A DNA stretch of 64,000 nt, from assembly GCA_965205565.1 (NCBI GenBank), contig CBDBID010000040.1:111451-175450 (forward strand). The letters are read 5' to 3'. This stretch comes from Acidobacteriota bacterium. GTDB taxonomy: Bacteria; Acidobacteriota; UBA6911; RPQK01; CBDBID01. Position numbers and translations under genes: made by a program. Position 1 is the stretch's first letter; every line of letters starts with the position of its first letter. Positions 60,596-64,000 of the stretch are shown here, piece after piece. Below the pieces are notes generated by a model that saw only the letters and a program-made list of their open reading frames with translations, made no database searches and was not told where the DNA came from.

Positions 60596-61684
60596 GTGAC
60601 CGTCCAAAACCAACTGCGTCACTTCGATTTTCCCGCTTTCGCGACGGCGCTGGCGCTCTCGGGATTCGGTCTGTTGGGGATCTACAGCTCGGGCATCCAG
60701 GGTGCCTCTGGCGATCTGTTCCTCCGACAATCGGCCTGGATCCTGATCAGCGTTCTGATCTGTTTCCTCTTCCTGTCCCTGGATTACCATCTGTTCGTTA
60801 CTCACGCCTTCCTGCTCTACGGGGCCTGCCTCGTCTTACTGACGGTGACGCTTTTTTTCGGGACAGAGGTTCACGGGAGCAAGAGTTGGATCAAGCTGGG
60901 ACCAGCCGGGTTCCAGCCATCGGAGCTGGGCAAGATCGTGCTGGTCCTGGCCATTGCGCGTTACCTGGAGGAGTTCTCAGGAGCGCATCTGAGGATCGGA
61001 AACCTATTGGTTTTGACCGCCTTGACCGCGATCCCCGCCGGCCTGGTCATCGCCCAGGGGGACCTGGGCACCGCCCTGATGTATTTCCCGATCCTCATGG
61101 GGATGGCTCTGGTGGCCGGGATGAGGGCCCGCTCCTTGCTGGCCATCCTGTTGATGATCGTGATTCTGGCGCCGCTTGGATGGGTGTTCCTGGCGGATTA
61201 TCAGAAACAGAGAATCCGGGTCACCTTGGATCCCAGTCTAGACCCACAGGGAGTGGGCTATCAGACCCGGCAAGCCGAAATCGCCATCGGATCGGGAGGG
61301 CTGGCCGGGAACGGTTTCGGACGGGGACTGCAGAGTCAGTTAGGCTTCGTACCGGAAATCCAAACCGATTTCGTCTTCGCTCTGGTAGGCGAAGAGTTGG
61401 GCTTCCTGGGCGCGGCCTTCGTACTGCTGCTGTATCTACTGCTTTCGCTCCGGCTGATTTCGATCGCCGAGGGCGCCCGCGATCGGTCGGGAATCCTGGT
61501 CGCCACGGCGGTCTCCATCATGTTGTTCTCCCATGTGGTGATCAACGTCGGAATGGTGGTCGGTCTGCTGCCTCCCATCGGAATACCGCTGGTCTTGCTC
61601 AGCTATGGTGGATCTTCCACGCTGACCACTTTTGCCGCGATTGGGATCGTCTTGGGCATCCACAAGCGGCGGTTCGTCTACTGA
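60596..61684 (+). CDS. rodA: peptidoglycan glycosyltransferase RodA (FtsW/RodA/SpoVE family)
   Basis: 10-TM SEDS protein; conserved GSGGLAGNGFGRG and C-terminal ...LLSYGGSS; 362 aa. Confidence 0.85.
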   Translation: MTVQNQLRHFDFPAFATALALSGFGLLGIYSSGIQGASGDLFLRQSAWILISVLICFLFLSLDYHLFVTHAFLLYGACLVLLTVTLFFGTEVHGSKSWIKLGPAGFQPSELGKIVLVLAIARYLEEFSGAHLRIGNLLVLTALTAIPAGLVIAQGDLGTALMYFPILMGMALVAGMRARSLLAILLMIVILAPLGWVFLADYQKQRIRVTLDPSLDPQGVGYQTRQAEIAIGSGGLAGNGFGRGLQSQLGFVPEIQTDFVFALVGEELGFLGAAFVLLLYLLLSLRLISIAEGARDRSGILVATAVSIMLFSHVVINVGMVVGLLPPIGIPLVLLSYGGSSTLTTFAAIGIVLGIHKRRFVY

Positions 61685-61764
61685 ATCCCGTGGGATGTCT
61701 CCCGCTGCGCTGAGTCGGATTCTCCCCTCTGACTGAGACCCGCTGGTGTCAGATTGGACAGCTT

Positions 61765-62053
61765 GTGGTAGATCCATTTACGGAGAGGAGTGAATTGAGC
61801 GAATTTCGATTGGGGGAGATCCCCCCCCTCCCCGAAGGGCTATCGAGCCGGCAATCGGGAGGGGTCGGAGGAGACGAGGGAGCAAGTCCTGGAGGACATC
61901 CTGGAGTCTTTCGCCCCCGACCAGTTCGAATGGAGAGTTTCCAGACGCTCCCCAAGGAGAGCGATTCCCAAACACGTCAAGATCACTCTGCTCACCGCAG
62001 TTGGGGTGCTCGGCATCTGTGTCATGCAGGTGATTCATGGCAAGAGGAGTTGA
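61765..62053 (+). CDS. hypothetical small protein with C-terminal TM helix; apparent frameshift at a C8 homopolymer (61811-61818)
   Basis: MVDPFTERSELSEFRLGEIPP in one frame continues as ...EQVLEDILESFAPDQFEWRVS...ITLLTAVGVLGICVMQVIHGKRS in another frame after the CCCCCCCC run. Confidence 0.25.
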
Positions 62054-62117
62054 GGTGTCCAGCCCCGCCACCGACAGCAGTCAGAGAATGGTGCGTCCTG
62101 GAGCGCTGCCCACAAGA

Positions 62118-63011
62118 ATGTCTGGGCGGTTGGGGTCGGAAAAGGGGGAACCGGCAAGACCTTTGTGGCGTCCAGTCTGGGCCTGCACCTGGCGCGCGAA
62201 AACATCGATGTGGTGATGGTCGACGCCAACCTCGGCGCTCCCAATGCACACACCTTCCTGGGCGTACAGCATCCCCGGATGACGCTGGCGGATTTCATAT
62301 ACAAGAAGGTGCCCAACCTCAGCGATGTCCTGACCGACACACCCTATCCCCGATTGCAACTGGTGGCTGGCTCGAACCGGCGTCTCTATATGGCCAATCT
62401 AGCCTACTTCCAGAACCAGAGGCTGCTGCGCCATATCAAATCTCTCGATCAAACTCACACCATCGTGGACACTGGGGCCGGGACCTACTTCAACTGCATC
62501 GATTTCTTCCCGATCTCCGATCTGGCGATCCTGGTCGTCAATCCCAATCCTGCTTCCATCGAAAACGCCTACCAATTCCTGCGCTCGGTAACTCTTCGCA
62601 TTCTGAAGTTCAGCATTCGGCGCAATGGAATGTCGGATCTCGTCAAGGAGGCCACCGAAGGCGCCAACGGGATTCCGGAATCCATTAATAGTCTCCTGGA
62701 ACTCGTGAAACGGTGCGACCAACACCAAGCCGAAGTCTTGCTTGGCTCTCTGGAGCAGTTTCAGCCCTGCCTGATCATCAACAAGGTGCGGGGGGCGAAA
62801 CGATGCCTTGTTGGAACGGTCCATGGCGCAAGTCGTGGAACGGCACTTGGCGGTCCGCCTCCATTACGTGGGAATGGTGCCCTACGACCTAGACATCGAA
62901 GACTGCATGAAGAGCTTCACTCCCTATGTCCACCCTGTTGCCTCAAGTAGAAAAGTGCCCAAAAGAGGATTCGTTGCCTCAACTAAAAAGTACCTCAAGT
63001 GTGACCCGTAG
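62118..63011 (+). CDS. MinD/ParA-family P-loop ATPase (two apparent homopolymer frameshifts)
   Basis: Deviant Walker A AVGVGKGGTGKTF...VVMVDANLGAPN; adding one G in the G-run near 62126 gives MSGAVGVGKGG... from the ATG at 62118; dropping one G from the GGGGGG run near 62788 joins NKVRG to RNDALLERSMAQVVERHLAVRLHYVGMVPYD. Confidence 0.55.
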
Positions 63012-64000
63012 TGGTAAGGGCGGTGGACGGTGCCGGACCGCTTTGCTTTTTCGCCGTCAGGTCCAACAGTTTTTCCTGCAACCGAACGATCTCCCGGTGC
63101 AGCTGAGCTGGGTTCAGTTGTCGGTATTGCGCTCTCAGTTGTCGCTTCCAGCTGGCCGAAATTCTCCACTGACTCCAGAACGCGTTGATAGGGAGTCCTT
63201 GCGGGCGAGTAGCGTTTGGCCACCCGGCTGCCTCGGCGCACCTTCTCTTGCAGCTTCTGCGAGGGCAAGAAGAAGTTCACGTACAGGCGAAGCTGCTCGT
63301 ACAGCTGGTTGAGCAACTCGACTTCGGCCGGCGTGTCGTAGCGAGCGTAACCCACATAACGCCGTAGATGGTTGTTGATGAACTCCGATCCGTTGTCCTA
63401 GTCCAGGCCTAACAAGGGAAAGGGCAGACGCTGGCGCACCTGCTGGATGGCCTCAAAGACCCAGACCTGCGCTTTGTTTTTCACCGCCGCCAGTTCGGTC
63501 CAGCCCGTCGACACATCCGTCAGATCTAACGTCTGAGCATAGTCGCCTCGCGCTCGACCTCCCTCGTGGGCCACCAGGCCCACCTCCACACCCCTGCCAA
63601 ACCACACCCTCCGGCCGGAATGGCGCAACAGCCGCGCGGCATAGCGGCGCTGGTAGCCCGTCGCCTCCACAAACCCGTCGAAGATCGCTCCTTTGTCCTT
63701 CTTCCTCCCCCTCTGGTACTCCTTGGCAAACGCCTTTACCAAGACCCGTCACTCCGACATCGTTAGCCTCTTGCTTGGACCCCTTTTCATGGGGCCTCTT
63801 CCTATCCCATTTCGGACACTTTTTTATATGAGGCAAAGATCCCCTTTCTGGCACTTTGATAGTGAGGCAATGCGCGGCCTTGCATCCCCATTCGAAAACC
63901 AGTTACGCTTTGCGGGTCATTCTGGACCGACTGGTGGCACATCACAAGCCGCCAGCAACGGGTAGAGATTCGTGAACTTGGAGAAGCTGACTTTATATGA
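62924..64000 (-). pseudogene. rve-type (integrase core, DDE) transposase of an unidentified IS, interrupted by an in-frame TAG (63398-63400); runs off the window edge
   Basis: LLGLD-[TAG]-DNGSEFINNHLRRYVGYARYDTPAEVE... with TPYQRVL in the C-terminal tail; the TAG falls in the conserved xDNGSEF catalytic segment. Confidence 0.45.

Noticed and set aside
62051-62053. In-frame TGA between a small upstream ORF and the MinD-like ATPase, considered as a fourth Sec codon
   Set aside because: No catalytic-residue context and no downstream hairpin of the 7-bp/3-nt type. The MinD N-terminus is better explained by an ATG at 62118 brought into frame by a 1-nt homopolymer correction.

Overview
This is a high-GC bacterial chromosomal segment, probably from an Acidobacterium. 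The main evidence is a 'VWFA-related Acidobacterial domain' protein; the IS and signal-peptide content is consistent with that assignment.

Housekeeping genes read on both strands: an SDR oxidoreductase, queC, coaX, purH, cspA, xth, ppiD, tRNA-Ala(GGC), and the cell-shape operon mreB-mreC-mreD-mrdA-rodA followed by a MinD/ParA-like ATPase.

The window is heavily colonised by mobile DNA:
- three copies of one IS1380-family element (one intact, one with an internal ~180-bp deletion, one decayed) plus a solo tail fragment;
- two near-identical direct copies of an IS5/IS1182-family element;
- an IS1595-family transposase disrupting a CHAT-domain gene;
- a second IS1595-family unit with 26-bp terminal inverted repeats and an 8-bp target duplication that carries passenger genes (a DNA methyltransferase-HNH fusion and an unknown ORF);
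- an IS1-family transposase;
- an rve-type transposase running off the 3' edge;
- remnants of an integrative element (degraded tyrosine integrase, a tRNA 3' fragment, Prim-Pol, an excisionase-like HTH protein).

The most notable result is a selenium-utilisation signature. selA (selenocysteine synthase) is present, and three genes are interrupted only by a single in-frame TGA at the position of a catalytic or redox cysteine: two AhpD/CMD-family peroxidase-related paralogues and one single-domain rhodanese. Two of the three have an identical 17-nt stem-loop (7-bp stem, 3-nt GUU/GUC loop) starting exactly 11 nt after the TGA, which is the geometry of a minimal bacterial SECIS.

Several low-GC inserts carry uncharacterised gene pairs, including a PIN-domain protein with a 276-aa partner and a basic 109-aa protein with a 172-aa partner.

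Caveat: many apparent frameshifts sit in homopolymer runs (A5, G6, C8), so pseudogene calls may reflect homopolymer indel errors in the assembly. The in-frame TGA/TAG codons cannot be explained that way.
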